Source: Candidatus Nomurabacteria bacterium (GTDB lineage Bacteria > Patescibacteriota > Patescibacteriia > HK-STAS-PATE-3). From it: 64,000 nt of DNA. Numbering within the stretch: the stretch's first letter is position 1; the number at the start of each line of letters is the position of its first letter. The DNA is taken from contig CP060223.1 in assembly GCA_023898465.1 (NCBI GenBank), positions 96,001 through 160,000 on the forward strand. The letters run 5' to 3'. Both the position numbers and the translations under genes were made by a program. The notes under the pieces were generated by a model, which was not told the origin of the DNA, made no database searches, and worked only from the letters and a program-made list of their open reading frames with translations. This document shows positions 45,468-55,385 of the stretch, piece by piece.

Positions 45468-46412
45468 TTATTCGTGAGAAAGATTGTTGAGGTAACTCAC
45501 GGCTGAGAGGGCGGCGGCAACTCCTTGACCAACTGCCACGCCGATTTGCTTGTACGGAGTATTTGTTACATCACCAGCAGCAAAAATGCCAGGCACGCTT
45601 GTTTTCGCAGCCATGTCGGTGATAATCTCTCCGGCCTTATTTTTCTCAATATCCTGGATAAAGTCAGCATTAGGAATAGTGCCGATGTGAATAAAGACGC
45701 CATCAGCCTCAACGGTTTTTTCCTCACCACTTGCACTGTCTGTATAGCGTACACTTTTTACCTGAGCGTCACCTTCAATTGCCTGAGTAAGTGCGTTATA
45801 GCGAATATCTACATTTTGACATTTACTAAGCTTATCAATGAGGACTTGCTCACCTTTAAAGTGGTCGTTCTTATTAATAACAGTAACCTGACTGGCTAGT
45901 TCGCTCATCATCAGTCCTGACTCAAGGGCTGAGTTGCCGCCGCCAATAGTTACGACGCGCTTACCTTTAAACAGTGGGCCATCGCAGGTGGTGCAATAGG
46001 TTACCCCTTTGCCGCGCAGTTCAGTTTCACCTGCCACACCGAGATGCCGTGGATGAGCTCCTGTGGCAATAATAATTGCTTTGACTTGCCACTGAGCTGG
46101 GCCCTGTAGAGTGTCTGCTTCAACTAGGAATCCTTTATCCTGTTTTTGGATGGATTTCACTGTCACGCCTTCTTGTACAGGAATATTGTTATGCTGCAGC
46201 TGTTTACGAAATTGTTCAGTCAGAGTGAATCCGTCTGTCGAAGGGAATCCGGTATAGTTTTCAATCTCGCCACTAGTAAAAACCTCACCGCCAATATCCA
46301 AACTGACATGAGTGAATTTTAGAGAACGTCGAGCAGCATAGACTGCCGCGGTCACGCCGGCGGCTGATCCGCCAATAATCAAAAGGTCGCTTTGGGTTGG
46401 GGTTGAGCTCAT
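45468..46412 (-). CDS. trxB: Thioredoxin reductase
   Basis: The FAD motif IIGGSAAG, the redox-active CTTC within VTYCTTCDG, and the NADPH motif GGGNSA are all present. Confidence 0.9.
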   Translation of the reverse strand: MSSTPTQSDLLIIGGSAAGVTAAVYAARRSLKFTHVSLDIGGEVFTSGEIENYTGFPSTDGFTLTEQFRKQLQHNNIPVQEGVTVKSIQKQDKGFLVEADTLQGPAQWQVKAIIIATGAHPRHLGVAGETELRGKGVTYCTTCDGPLFKGKRVVTIGGGNSALESGLMMSELASQVTVINKNDHFKGEQVLIDKLSKCQNVDIRYNALTQAIEGDAQVKSVRYTDSASGEEKTVEADGVFIHIGTIPNADFIQDIEKNKAGEIITDMAAKTSVPGIFAAGDVTNTPYKQIGVAVGQGVAAALSAVSYLNNLSHE

Positions 46413-46558
46413 ACAGGGTAAAACTAAGGAATGAAGCAGTAGGAGTATAGCAGATACTTCCCACCTAATCGAGCGAAAGCAGCACTTTCACTAGTAAAGT
46501 AAGGCTTTTTCTGCTATACTACTTATATCAATCATTGATTTTAAAGGTAAGGAACGAT

Positions 46559-46918
46559 ATGGACAGCGCAACTCTTGAACAAATCAAAGCCAAATTATTG
46601 CAACAAAAGGAGCAGCTACAATCTGAGTTACAGCGAGAATCTTCGCCAACTCCGGATGAGGTAGATGGTCGCACCGCATCTTTCCCTGACTATGGCGATC
46701 ATGATGATGAAAACGCCTCTGAGGTAGCAGATTATGCGACCAATATGCAGGTGGAGGAAAACCGGGAGGAATTGCTTGCTTCGATAGAAAAAAGCTTGAC
46801 CGAAATTGAGCAGGGTAGCTATGGGAAGTGTCAGAGCTGCGGCAAAGAAATTGCAGCTGAACGGCTCTTAGCAAATCCAACCGCGCAAACGTGTCTGAGC
46901 TGCGCCAATCAAGCTTAA
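46559..46918 (+). CDS. DksA/TraR-family C4 zinc-finger protein
   Basis: I moved the start to ATG 46559. A coiled-coil N-terminal region is followed by CQSCGKEIAAERLLANPTAQTCLSC. Confidence 0.75.
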   Translation: MDSATLEQIKAKLLQQKEQLQSELQRESSPTPDEVDGRTASFPDYGDHDDENASEVADYATNMQVEENREELLASIEKSLTEIEQGSYGKCQSCGKEIAAERLLANPTAQTCLSCANQA

Positions 46919-47376
46919 GTCTCTTTAGCAGCACACATCGGTTTAGCATAGTACTAGGCCTTTGCCTTTTGGTGCTTGATCGTTTTTTTAAAGCCCTAGT
47001 GCTGCATGGGTTTACTTGGCCAAACCCTGATGCTTGGTTAAGTATTGGATATTATCCAAATCCAAATTTTTTTGCAGATACTAATTTAGCTTACCCGCTC
47101 ATCATTGGTATTACCACAGTTGTTCTCTTGTTCGTCATTGGACTATTTGTGTATGGCATACGCTATCGTTATCCAGGGATTGTGGCAGCTGGTGTGTGGA
47201 TTATTCTGGGAGGAATGAGCAATTTTTGGGATCGACTCAAGTATCAGCACGTGCTTGATTATGTTGGTGTCGCACATTGGCCGGTATTTAACATTGCCGA
47301 TATCCTTATTTTTATCGGCGTGATTTGGTATGGTGTGATTATCCTACGTAGTTGGAAAAGTCAGGGGATGCGTTGA
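46891..47376 (+). CDS. lspA: Lipoprotein signal peptidase (signal peptidase II)
   Basis: GGMSNFWDRL...LDYV...WPVFNIADILIFIGV matches the LspA motifs. The start is GTG and overlaps the upstream gene by 28 nt, so it is uncertain. Confidence 0.8.
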   Translation: MSELRQSSLSLFSSTHRFSIVLGLCLLVLDRFFKALVLHGFTWPNPDAWLSIGYYPNPNFFADTNLAYPLIIGITTVVLLFVIGLFVYGIRYRYPGIVAAGVWIILGGMSNFWDRLKYQHVLDYVGVAHWPVFNIADILIFIGVIWYGVIILRSWKSQGMR

Positions 47377-47442
47377 CATCCTCGCCAAGTTAAGGTTAAT
47401 GTATAGACAGACAAGACGGTGGCGCAAAAAGGCCATCGTATT

Positions 47443-48957
47443 ATGTTTCAGAGGATTCGTAGCGCCGCGGTCTATGGTTTAGACGCAGAGTTGGTTGAGG
47501 TAGAAGCGTATATTGCGGCAGGGTTGCCGAAATTTTTAGTTGTGGGCTTGCCTGATGCCGCGGTGCAGGAAGCTCGTGAGCGAGTCCGATCAGCAATACT
47601 GAGCTCGGGTTTTGATTTTCCCAATCATCATGTGATTGTGAATTTGGCGCCGGCTGATATGCGTAAGGCAGGACCGGCCTATGATTTACCGATTGCTCTG
47701 GCTATTCTCTTAGCCTCAGGTCAGATTCCAGCACCTGAGGGTGAGTTGTGCTTTATAGGTGAGCTTGCGCTGGATGGTAGTCTCCGCTCAGTACGAGGCG
47801 CTTTACCGATTGCTGAACATATATCTCGCTCAGGTATTCGTGAATTGTTTTTACCAGCTTGTAATGCCCGAGAGGCATCAATCATCTCCGGTTTTGCTAT
47901 CCGGCCGGTTACAACACTTCAAGACATTGTCGCACATATTCGTGGACAAAAAGAGCTTCCGGTACTACGCGAGCATCTCGACTTTGCTCAGATTCGGAGT
48001 GAAGAAAGTTTCCCAGTTGACTTTAGTGAAATACGCGGTCAGCAATTTGGTAAACGAGCCCTAGAGGTCGCGGCAGCCGGCGGCCACAATGTGCTCTTCA
48101 CCGGTCCACCAGGGTCTGGAAAAACTATGTTGGCCCGCGCTTTACCGAGCATCCTCCCGCCCTTAGAATTTACCGAAGCACTGGAAGTAACCAAGCTCTA
48201 TAGCGTTGCCGGATTACTCGACGAAAAAGAGCCGCTCAAAATTACCCGGCCATTTCGCCAACCGCATCATACGGCTTCCTCAGCAGCAATTGTAGGTGGA
48301 GGGAGGATTCCTAAGCCCGGTGAGATTTCCTTAGCGCATCGGGGAGTGTTATTTCTTGACGAGTTGCCTGAATTTCCTCGACCCGTTTTAGAAACTTTGC
48401 GACAGCCCCTAGAAGAAGGTCGAGTTACTATTGCACGTGTTTCAGCGACCTTACAATATCCAGCTGCACATATCTTCTTAGCAGCTCGTAATCCTTGTCC
48501 CTGCGGTTTTGCCGGTGATCCTGAGCGTGCGTGTACTTGTCATCCTAGTGCTCGTGTACGATATGCCAAGAGAATTTCCGGCCCATTACTCGATAGGATA
48601 GATTTGCACGTGACTATTCCCCGCTTACCAGTTGAGGAGCTTCTCCACACTGAAAAAGGTGAGTCATCGTCAATTATTCGTTCGAGGGTAATAAATGCCC
48701 GGAAACGGCAGCTTCATCGGGCTGCGCGCACGCAGGTACAAACAAACAGTGAGCTTCGAAACCGACAGCTAGAAAAGCTCGTGCAGGTAGATGCAGATGC
48801 TCGCGCTTTACTTGAAACGGCGGTACAGCGTTTCCAACTATCAGCTCGGGCTTATTACCGCCTCTTAAAAGTAGCACTCACCATTGCAGATTTAGCCAGC
48901 AGTGATGAAATAAAAAGTGAACACGTAGCAGAAGCGGTGCAATATAGAGGAAATTAA
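47443..48957 (+). CDS. YifB/ComM-family Mg-chelatase-like ATPase
   Basis: I moved the start to ATG 47443, which is colinear with YifB N-termini. A Lon-like N-domain is followed by Walker A GPPGSGKT and GVLFLDEL. Confidence 0.85.
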   Translation: MFQRIRSAAVYGLDAELVEVEAYIAAGLPKFLVVGLPDAAVQEARERVRSAILSSGFDFPNHHVIVNLAPADMRKAGPAYDLPIALAILLASGQIPAPEGELCFIGELALDGSLRSVRGALPIAEHISRSGIRELFLPACNAREASIISGFAIRPVTTLQDIVAHIRGQKELPVLREHLDFAQIRSEESFPVDFSEIRGQQFGKRALEVAAAGGHNVLFTGPPGSGKTMLARALPSILPPLEFTEALEVTKLYSVAGLLDEKEPLKITRPFRQPHHTASSAAIVGGGRIPKPGEISLAHRGVLFLDELPEFPRPVLETLRQPLEEGRVTIARVSATLQYPAAHIFLAARNPCPCGFAGDPERACTCHPSARVRYAKRISGPLLDRIDLHVTIPRLPVEELLHTEKGESSSIIRSRVINARKRQLHRAARTQVQTNSELRNRQLEKLVQVDADARALLETAVQRFQLSARAYYRLLKVALTIADLASSDEIKSEHVAEAVQYRGN

Positions 48958-48960
48958 ATG

Positions 48961-49055
48961 AGAAATAAGAATTTACAAATGCGAAACAAGCACTAATGAC
49001 ACAATCACTAAATTCAAAACTCCTATTTGTTTAGGAATTCGATTTTCTTATTTAG
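48961..49055. repeat. AT-rich intergenic element with 9-bp terminal inverted repeat (copy 2)
   Basis: AAATAAGAA (48963-48971) pairs with TTCTTATTT (49045-49053). The element is related to 27424-27520. It lies between convergent genes. Confidence 0.35.
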
Positions 49056-49058
49056 AGC

Positions 49059-50402
49059 TTAGAAGTAGTTGAACGGATTGGTGCGTCGGCCGTTTACCCA
49101 GACTTCGAAGTGCAGGTGGTCGCCAGTACACCAGCCAGTACAACCGGAAATGCCGATAGTTTCGCCCTTGCTCACTGTTTGGCCTACGCTGACATAGGAC
49201 TTGCTTAGGTGAGCATAGAGGGTTTGCAGACCATTACCGTGGTCGATGATGATGTTATTGCCGTAGCCAGTTCCCCAGTTTGTGCGGACAACTCGTCCTC
49301 CATCTGATGCATAAATAGGTGAGGTGCGAGTATGAATATCAATACCGGTGTGACGTGCGCTATAACCCTGGTTAATTTTGTGACTGACCGTAGGCCAGAA
49401 CATTCCAGCACCAACGTTGGTGGCGGAGGCTGGTCGAGGACCACTGCTGACGCTGCTGGCAACTTGAGTGGAACTAACAGTTGTTTTAGGCGCTGGAGGA
49501 GGTTCAATTTTACCGCCCGGAATGATGAGTTGCTGCCCAACTTCAATAGCACTTGCATCAGCCAATTGGTTAAACTCTAGGATATCATCAGCGTTTGCTT
49601 CGTACTTCTTTGCGAGCGATGCAATGGTATCGCCGCTTTGTACTGAGTGGACAACACCGCTGACCGGAGGGATTTTTAATGTTTGACCAGGCTTAATGAC
49701 TGAGGAGTCGTTAAGGTTATTTGCCCAGAGGAGCGTGTTGGTGCTGACAGAAAATTGTGAGGCAATGATACTGATAGTATCGCCACCCTCAACGACATAT
49801 TCACGGACCTGGTCGCGGGGCACTCCTAATTCGCTGGTGCTTGGGATATTTGCCTTGGCTAGCGCTTCACCACTTCCTTCATTTCGGGCGATAGCTAAGA
49901 GCTGACGCTGCTGTTCAGATTCCTCGGTATTTCGATGATAGCGGTCAATTGCTCCGTCGCGGGTGATTGAGCTCAGTGCAGAATTCGGCGCCACCACCGC
50001 GTACTCGACATATTCTTCGTCAGTTTCTTGATTATGCAGAATAGTATTTACTAAAGTGCCACTGGCAAAGTCTTCAATAGCGGCTTCTCGAGCTAATACA
50101 TTATTAGTAAGTACTCCGAAGATTACGACAATAACGACCACGTGAAGCAAATAGCGCGTGGTGATTGGATACCACCATGAGGACTTACTTCCGGCAAGAG
50201 ATTTCTCAAGCCGTTGGGTTACACGTAAATATTGTCGATAGATTGGAACTGCCAATACCATAAAGGTGGCATTCCAAAACCACGCCAGAGGTTTAAAAAT
50301 TCCGTAGATAACAATAAGCACGACCAACTTCCAAAGATAGCGGACGAGATGGTAGACGCCAAAAGCTAATTTGAGTACCTGCGATTTGAGCTGTAAACTC
50401 AC
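49059..50402 (-). CDS. LysM-domain M23 peptidase (murein endopeptidase-like)
   Basis: The start is GTG. An N-terminal TM region is followed by two LysM repeats (YVVEGGDTISIIASQFSV..., HSVQSGDTIASLAKKYEA...). The M23 motifs HTGIDI and GDHLHFEV are present. Confidence 0.9.
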   Translation of the reverse strand: MSLQLKSQVLKLAFGVYHLVRYLWKLVVLIVIYGIFKPLAWFWNATFMVLAVPIYRQYLRVTQRLEKSLAGSKSSWWYPITTRYLLHVVVIVVIFGVLTNNVLAREAAIEDFASGTLVNTILHNQETDEEYVEYAVVAPNSALSSITRDGAIDRYHRNTEESEQQRQLLAIARNEGSGEALAKANIPSTSELGVPRDQVREYVVEGGDTISIIASQFSVSTNTLLWANNLNDSSVIKPGQTLKIPPVSGVVHSVQSGDTIASLAKKYEANADDILEFNQLADASAIEVGQQLIIPGGKIEPPPAPKTTVSSTQVASSVSSGPRPASATNVGAGMFWPTVSHKINQGYSARHTGIDIHTRTSPIYASDGGRVVRTNWGTGYGNNIIIDHGNGLQTLYAHLSKSYVSVGQTVSKGETIGISGCTGWCTGDHLHFEVWVNGRRTNPFNYF

Positions 50403-50613
50403 GCGGGGCCTATGTGCCGATCCAGTGTCGACTTGCTTGCAACCGTTTTTTTTCTGCGCAAGGATTAAGGGAACAGCTTACGGGAAAACGCAAAGAACTA
50501 TACCAGTCTAGGCAATAACTGTCAATCGTATATCGTATGACCTTTTTCCTAAGTTTAGCAGCCGTACTATATAGTTGCGAAAACAGGGGATTTTCAGGTA
50601 GACTGAGCCTAGT

Positions 50614-53600
50614 ATGAGTATGAAAAACGTTGTACCGGAAGGGGAATACAACCCAGCAAGTATTGAAGCAAAATGGCAGGAGCACTGGAACAAAAAACCA
50701 GATCAGGCTAAGGATTTTGCGCATGATCCAAAGCGCTATCTTCTCATTGAATTTCCTTACCCCTCAGGTGATGGACTGCATGTGGGGCATGTGCGAAGCT
50801 ATGCCGCTCTCGATGTGTTGGCGCGTTATTCTCGCTTAAAGGGTTTTAATGTGCTTTACCCCATCGGCTGGGATGCTTTTGGTTTACCCACCGAGAATTA
50901 TGCGATTAAGACTGGCGTACACCCACGTGTTGCGACTGATAAGAATATTGCCACCTTTCGCCGCCAGCTTAAGGCGCTAGGCCTTTCATTTGATTGGTCT
51001 CGAGAAGTGGATACAACAGATCCAAAATACTATCGATGGACACAGTGGATTTTTTTGCAGTTCTATAAGGCAGGCTTAGCCTATCAGGCAGAGATTCCTA
51101 TTAACTGGTGTCCAAAAGATAAAATCGGTTTGGCCAATGAAGAAGTGGTTGATGGCAAATGCGAACGCTGCGGCACTGAAGTAACGCGTAAAATGCAAAA
51201 GCAGTGGATGTTAAAAATCACCGCCTATGCAGATCGCTTACTACGTGATCTCGATACAGTTGAGTACGTTGAAAAAATTAAAACACAGCAGAAAAACTGG
51301 ATAGGTAAGAGCGAGGGTGCTGAAATATCTTTTCAAATAGCTAGTAAGGAGTCGCAAAAACCTCGCTTCGTACTTCTCCATGGTTTTCAGGGCTCAGCTA
51401 AAGGTAACTTTTTCCCATGGCTAAAAGATGAGTTGGTCGCAAAGGGCTATGAGGTGGAAGTACCTGAATTACCAAACAGCGCTCATCCGACTGAAGAGGA
51501 ACAGGTAAGTTATGTACTTGAACATTGTCGCTTTGATGAAAACACCATCGTGTTTGGTCATTCGCTTGGTACAGTCGTGGCCATGAAGGTTATAGAAAAG
51601 CTTCCCACAAAAGTAGCTGGCTTGGTTATGGCCGGTGGATTTACCCAGGCTGATTTTTCTGATCACGATCGACCATTCCGCGATACCTTTACATGGAATT
51701 TTGATTTCCAGGCGATTCGAGATAAAGCAGGTTTTATAAAAGTGCTACATGACGTGCATGATGATGCCGTGCCCGAGGGAGCTGGAGAGGCTTTAGCAAA
51801 AGCGCTCGAAGTGCCGTGCTACAAGGTGACCGCAAATGAAGAGCATTTCTGCGCAAAGCAAGAGCCTTATCTATTAGCGCATCTCATGCCAAACACACTT
51901 TTGGTTGGTACGCAAAATCAGGCAAAGGTGGAAATGCTTCGACGAGCATTGGCCCCTTACCCAAATATTCACCTCATCAGTTTAAGTGATATTGGTAAGG
52001 TCGATGATCAGGCTTTAGTAGAGGGCGATGACTTTCGTGCTAATGCAAAAATGAAAGCAGATTTTTATCACCGAGCCACAGGTTTACCAACCATATCGAC
52101 GGATCATATTCTTTGGATAGAGAAATGGCCTGAGGATAATGGCTTCATTACGCATATTCGCAAATTAGCAAATCCGAAATCTGGACGAGCAACAGATGAA
52201 GAACTAGCAGAATGGATAAAAAAATTTATCGATAAAAATGGTGAGTCGCGTACAGCCTTTCATTATGCTATTGGTTATGCCGATGAGAAGGGAGTGCAGG
52301 GCTTTGTGAGTATTCAGCGCGAATACATGTTGAAGGCTAATCCGGCTAAAGCACGATGGGAAGGCTATGCGGTCGGTGCATTTTTGCGTGACCCCGTGAC
52401 TGATGCGTATCGAGAAGAGATGCCCGCAGAGATCGCTTTTGATCGCTTCTTCGCCACAGTGCGCAATGAAATTGTGCCGCAGGTTTTCGATATGAGCACC
52501 TTGACGGTCTTTACCACACGACCCGATACCATCTTCGGTGTCACGTATATGGTTGTAGCCCCTGAACATGAACTCCTTGCCAAGTATCAATCACACATTA
52601 CAAATTGGGATGAAGTTCAAAAGTATGTGCGAGAGGCCGCCAAGAAATCCGATATGGAGCGGACCGAGTTGGCCAAAGAAAAAAGTGGCGTTGAGCTCAA
52701 AGGTATTCAGGCAGTAAATCCGGCAAATGGTGAAGTAATCCCGATTTGGGTAGCTGACTATGTGCTGAGTTCTTATGGCACCGGAGCGATAATGGCTGTG
52801 CCGGCGCATGATCAGCGAGACAATGAGTTTGCAAAAAAGTACTCCCTGCAAATAAGAGAAGTAGTAAGAGGTTTTAATCGTGTAGGAGAGAAAAAAGATA
52901 TTGTATATTCTGGCGAGGGGGTCCTAGTAAATTCTCAGGACTTTGATGGAGAAAAAAGCGAAGACGCAAAAAAGAACATTGTAAGGTGGTTAGAAGAAAA
53001 AGGACTCGGTCATTCAGCAGTCAATTTTAAACTTCGCGACTGGGTATTTTCACGTCAGCACTACTGGGGCGAGCCGATTCCGATTATTCATTGTCCTAAG
53101 TGCGGAGCTGTTCCAGTGCCGGAGAAAGACCTACCAGTGGAATTGCCTCATGTAGAAAAATACCAACCCACTAATACTGGGGCTTCACCATTAGCTGCGA
53201 TCGAGGATTGGGTGCAGGTGAAATGTCCGAAGTGTAAGGGCGAAGCGAGTCGAGAAACCGACACCATGCCGAATTGGGCCGGGAGCTCGTGGTATTTCCT
53301 GCGCTATTCGGATCCGCACAATAGTAAAGCCTTTGCTGATAAGAAAAAGCTAGAGTATTGGCTGCCGGTGGATATTTACAATGGTGGCAATGAGCACACC
53401 ACCCTCCATTTACTCTACTCGCGTTTCTGGCATAAGTTTTTATTTGATCAGGGCTTGGTACCAACTCCAGAACCATACCAGCATCGTCATTCGCATGGGA
53501 TTGTGTTAGCTGAGGATAATCGCAAGATGTCAAAGAGTTGGGGGAACGTGGTCAATCCGGATGATTATGTGCAGGAGTACGGTGCAGATAGCGTGCGCAT

Positions 53601-54198
53601 GTACGAGTTATTTATGGGACCATTTGAGGATATGATTCCGTGGTCAACCAAGGGTATCGTGGGTGTGCATCGCTTCTTAAATCGTGTGTGGGAACTTTAT
53701 CGTAAAGTTACAGAAGAGACGGCCCAAGTAACAGAAGAGAGGGACATTCACAAAGCTGTGAAAAAGGTTGGGGAAGACCTCGAGGCTTTTCGTTTCAACA
53801 CCGCGGTGAGCACTTTGATGGAATATTTTAATCACTTCCGTGATGAAGTGCAGCAGGGTAGGCTCGATAAAGAAGCAGCAGAAAAGTTTCTCGTGATCCT
53901 TTTCCCATTTGCGCCGCACCTTGCCTCAGAGCTCTGGGAGCAGTTAGGAAAGAAGAGCGATATTCGCGAACAATCATGGCCAAACTTTGATCCAAACGCT
54001 TTACAAGCGGAGACCGTCACGATCGGTGTGCAGATTAATGGCAAAGTGCGCGCCTCCATAAGCCTTTCACCAGAAGCAAGCGAAGCAGAAGCGCTGGAGC
54101 TAGCCTTAGCCGAAGAAAATATTCAACGCTATCTTCAAAAGGGACAGCCCAAGAAGGTTATTTATCGTGCAGGAAAAATTCTCAATCTGATCGCCTGA
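50614..54198 (+). CDS. leuS: Leucyl-tRNA synthetase with ~387-aa two-domain insertion before CP1
   Basis: HIGH (HVGH), KMSKS, the Zn-knuckle CPKD...CERCG, the CP1 start TTRPDT and AHDQRDNEFA are all present. At 1194 aa it is far longer than E. coli LeuRS (860 aa). Confidence 0.95.
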   Translation: MSMKNVVPEGEYNPASIEAKWQEHWNKKPDQAKDFAHDPKRYLLIEFPYPSGDGLHVGHVRSYAALDVLARYSRLKGFNVLYPIGWDAFGLPTENYAIKTGVHPRVATDKNIATFRRQLKALGLSFDWSREVDTTDPKYYRWTQWIFLQFYKAGLAYQAEIPINWCPKDKIGLANEEVVDGKCERCGTEVTRKMQKQWMLKITAYADRLLRDLDTVEYVEKIKTQQKNWIGKSEGAEISFQIASKESQKPRFVLLHGFQGSAKGNFFPWLKDELVAKGYEVEVPELPNSAHPTEEEQVSYVLEHCRFDENTIVFGHSLGTVVAMKVIEKLPTKVAGLVMAGGFTQADFSDHDRPFRDTFTWNFDFQAIRDKAGFIKVLHDVHDDAVPEGAGEALAKALEVPCYKVTANEEHFCAKQEPYLLAHLMPNTLLVGTQNQAKVEMLRRALAPYPNIHLISLSDIGKVDDQALVEGDDFRANAKMKADFYHRATGLPTISTDHILWIEKWPEDNGFITHIRKLANPKSGRATDEELAEWIKKFIDKNGESRTAFHYAIGYADEKGVQGFVSIQREYMLKANPAKARWEGYAVGAFLRDPVTDAYREEMPAEIAFDRFFATVRNEIVPQVFDMSTLTVFTTRPDTIFGVTYMVVAPEHELLAKYQSHITNWDEVQKYVREAAKKSDMERTELAKEKSGVELKGIQAVNPANGEVIPIWVADYVLSSYGTGAIMAVPAHDQRDNEFAKKYSLQIREVVRGFNRVGEKKDIVYSGEGVLVNSQDFDGEKSEDAKKNIVRWLEEKGLGHSAVNFKLRDWVFSRQHYWGEPIPIIHCPKCGAVPVPEKDLPVELPHVEKYQPTNTGASPLAAIEDWVQVKCPKCKGEASRETDTMPNWAGSSWYFLRYSDPHNSKAFADKKKLEYWLPVDIYNGGNEHTTLHLLYSRFWHKFLFDQGLVPTPEPYQHRHSHGIVLAEDNRKMSKSWGNVVNPDDYVQEYGADSVRMYELFMGPFEDMIPWSTKGIVGVHRFLNRVWELYRKVTEETAQVTEERDIHKAVKKVGEDLEAFRFNTAVSTLMEYFNHFRDEVQQGRLDKEAAEKFLVILFPFAPHLASELWEQLGKKSDIREQSWPNFDPNALQAETVTIGVQINGKVRASISLSPEASEAEALELALAEENIQRYLQKGQPKKVIYRAGKILNLIA

Positions 54199-55385
54199 TG
54201 TCACATCATTTTCCACATACGCAAAGTTTAGAGTATTCGCTTCGACGAGAAGTGACCGAAATTTATCTCAGCGTGACAATCAAGCACTTTGGCTTGGCGC
54301 TTTTGTCAGTCTTCGAGGTCATTTATCTTTTCGAGTGGTTTGGATCTTCTCTAGCTTTATTGCTCTTATTCTACGGCATGAATTATGTGCTGCACGCGCT
54401 TTTTACTCCTTTTGCTGCCATGCTCGTAAATCGGATTGGCGTGAAAAAGAGTATCCTCCTGGCCAATCCATTTATTATACTGTTTTTCGTTTCATTACTT
54501 TTTCTACCTAGCTGGCCCTGGTTAATTATTCCTGCATTACTCAGTATCGCGATTTATCACGCGATTTTTTGGTTGGCCTTTCACATTGATTTTTCGCGAT
54601 TTGCCAATCCAGAGCACCGAGGTCGGCAGACGAGCATGCTCCTTGCTATACCAATGATTGCGCACGCCATTGGGCCTTTGCTCGGGGGCTTTCTTATTAC
54701 AGAGTTCGGCTTCTCAGTGCTTTTTCTCGTTGTCATTATTTGTTTAGGAGTTTCCGTTCTTCCGCTTTTCTTTTCTCGAGAGGTACATGAGCCATTTCAC
54801 TTACACTGGCGACAGACTTTTCACTACGCTTTTTCTTTTCGTCATTGGCGCCGGAATCTTGTTTTTATAGGCGATGGCATTAGCGGAAAGATTAGCGTTG
54901 TTGTGTGGCCGGTTTTTCTTTTTCTCGCCATTACAAATTTTGTTGACTTAGGTGTTATTAATTCCGTAGCCTTTTTACTCACGCTATTGATGGGTTTATA
55001 TATTGGACATTTGACTGATTCGCCACGTCGCCGAGTGGTTTTGACTCTTGGGGCAATTTTTACTTCCTTTGGCTGGCTTGCCCGAATTTTACTCAAAACA
55101 CCTTGGCAACTTTTTGCCTTTGACGCATATGGTCGGGTTTCTCGCCGGATCATTGATGTACCCTATAATGCACTTTTTTATAAAAGCGCCTATGAACATG
55201 GCGAAAATAAAGCAGCTTTTATTGCTTCCTACGAAATAGTAACAAATCTTTTCGGTGGATTTTTCCTTATTCTCCTCGCGGCATTAGCAAATATGGTGGA
55301 TCCCTTTATTGCCGCTTTTGTTACCGCTGGTATTTTTACGGCCTTTTTCCCAATTATGCCTGACAGTAATAAGAAGGAAAAATAA
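54198..55385 (+). CDS. MFS-like polytopic transporter
   Basis: There are about 11-12 hydrophobic helices. The ATG overlaps the leuS stop (TGATG). Confidence 0.55.
   Translation: MSHHFPHTQSLEYSLRREVTEIYLSVTIKHFGLALLSVFEVIYLFEWFGSSLALLLLFYGMNYVLHALFTPFAAMLVNRIGVKKSILLANPFIILFFVSLLFLPSWPWLIIPALLSIAIYHAIFWLAFHIDFSRFANPEHRGRQTSMLLAIPMIAHAIGPLLGGFLITEFGFSVLFLVVIICLGVSVLPLFFSREVHEPFHLHWRQTFHYAFSFRHWRRNLVFIGDGISGKISVVVWPVFLFLAITNFVDLGVINSVAFLLTLLMGLYIGHLTDSPRRRVVLTLGAIFTSFGWLARILLKTPWQLFAFDAYGRVSRRIIDVPYNALFYKSAYEHGENKAAFIASYEIVTNLFGGFFLILLAALANMVDPFIAAFVTAGIFTAFFPIMPDSNKKEK

Noticed and set aside
50403-50613. A T-box leader or other riboswitch upstream of leuS.
   Set aside because: There is no T-box sequence (..GGTGGTACCGCG..), specifier-loop architecture or terminator/antiterminator pair. 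The region looks like an ordinary divergent promoter spacer.
51334-52494. Whether the LeuRS insertion is an intein or a mobile homing element.
   Set aside because: There is no Cys/Ser/Thr at the N-junction, and no His-Asn plus a Cys/Ser/Thr at the C-junction. There are no LAGLIDADG or HNH motifs. The content matches two hydrolase folds instead.
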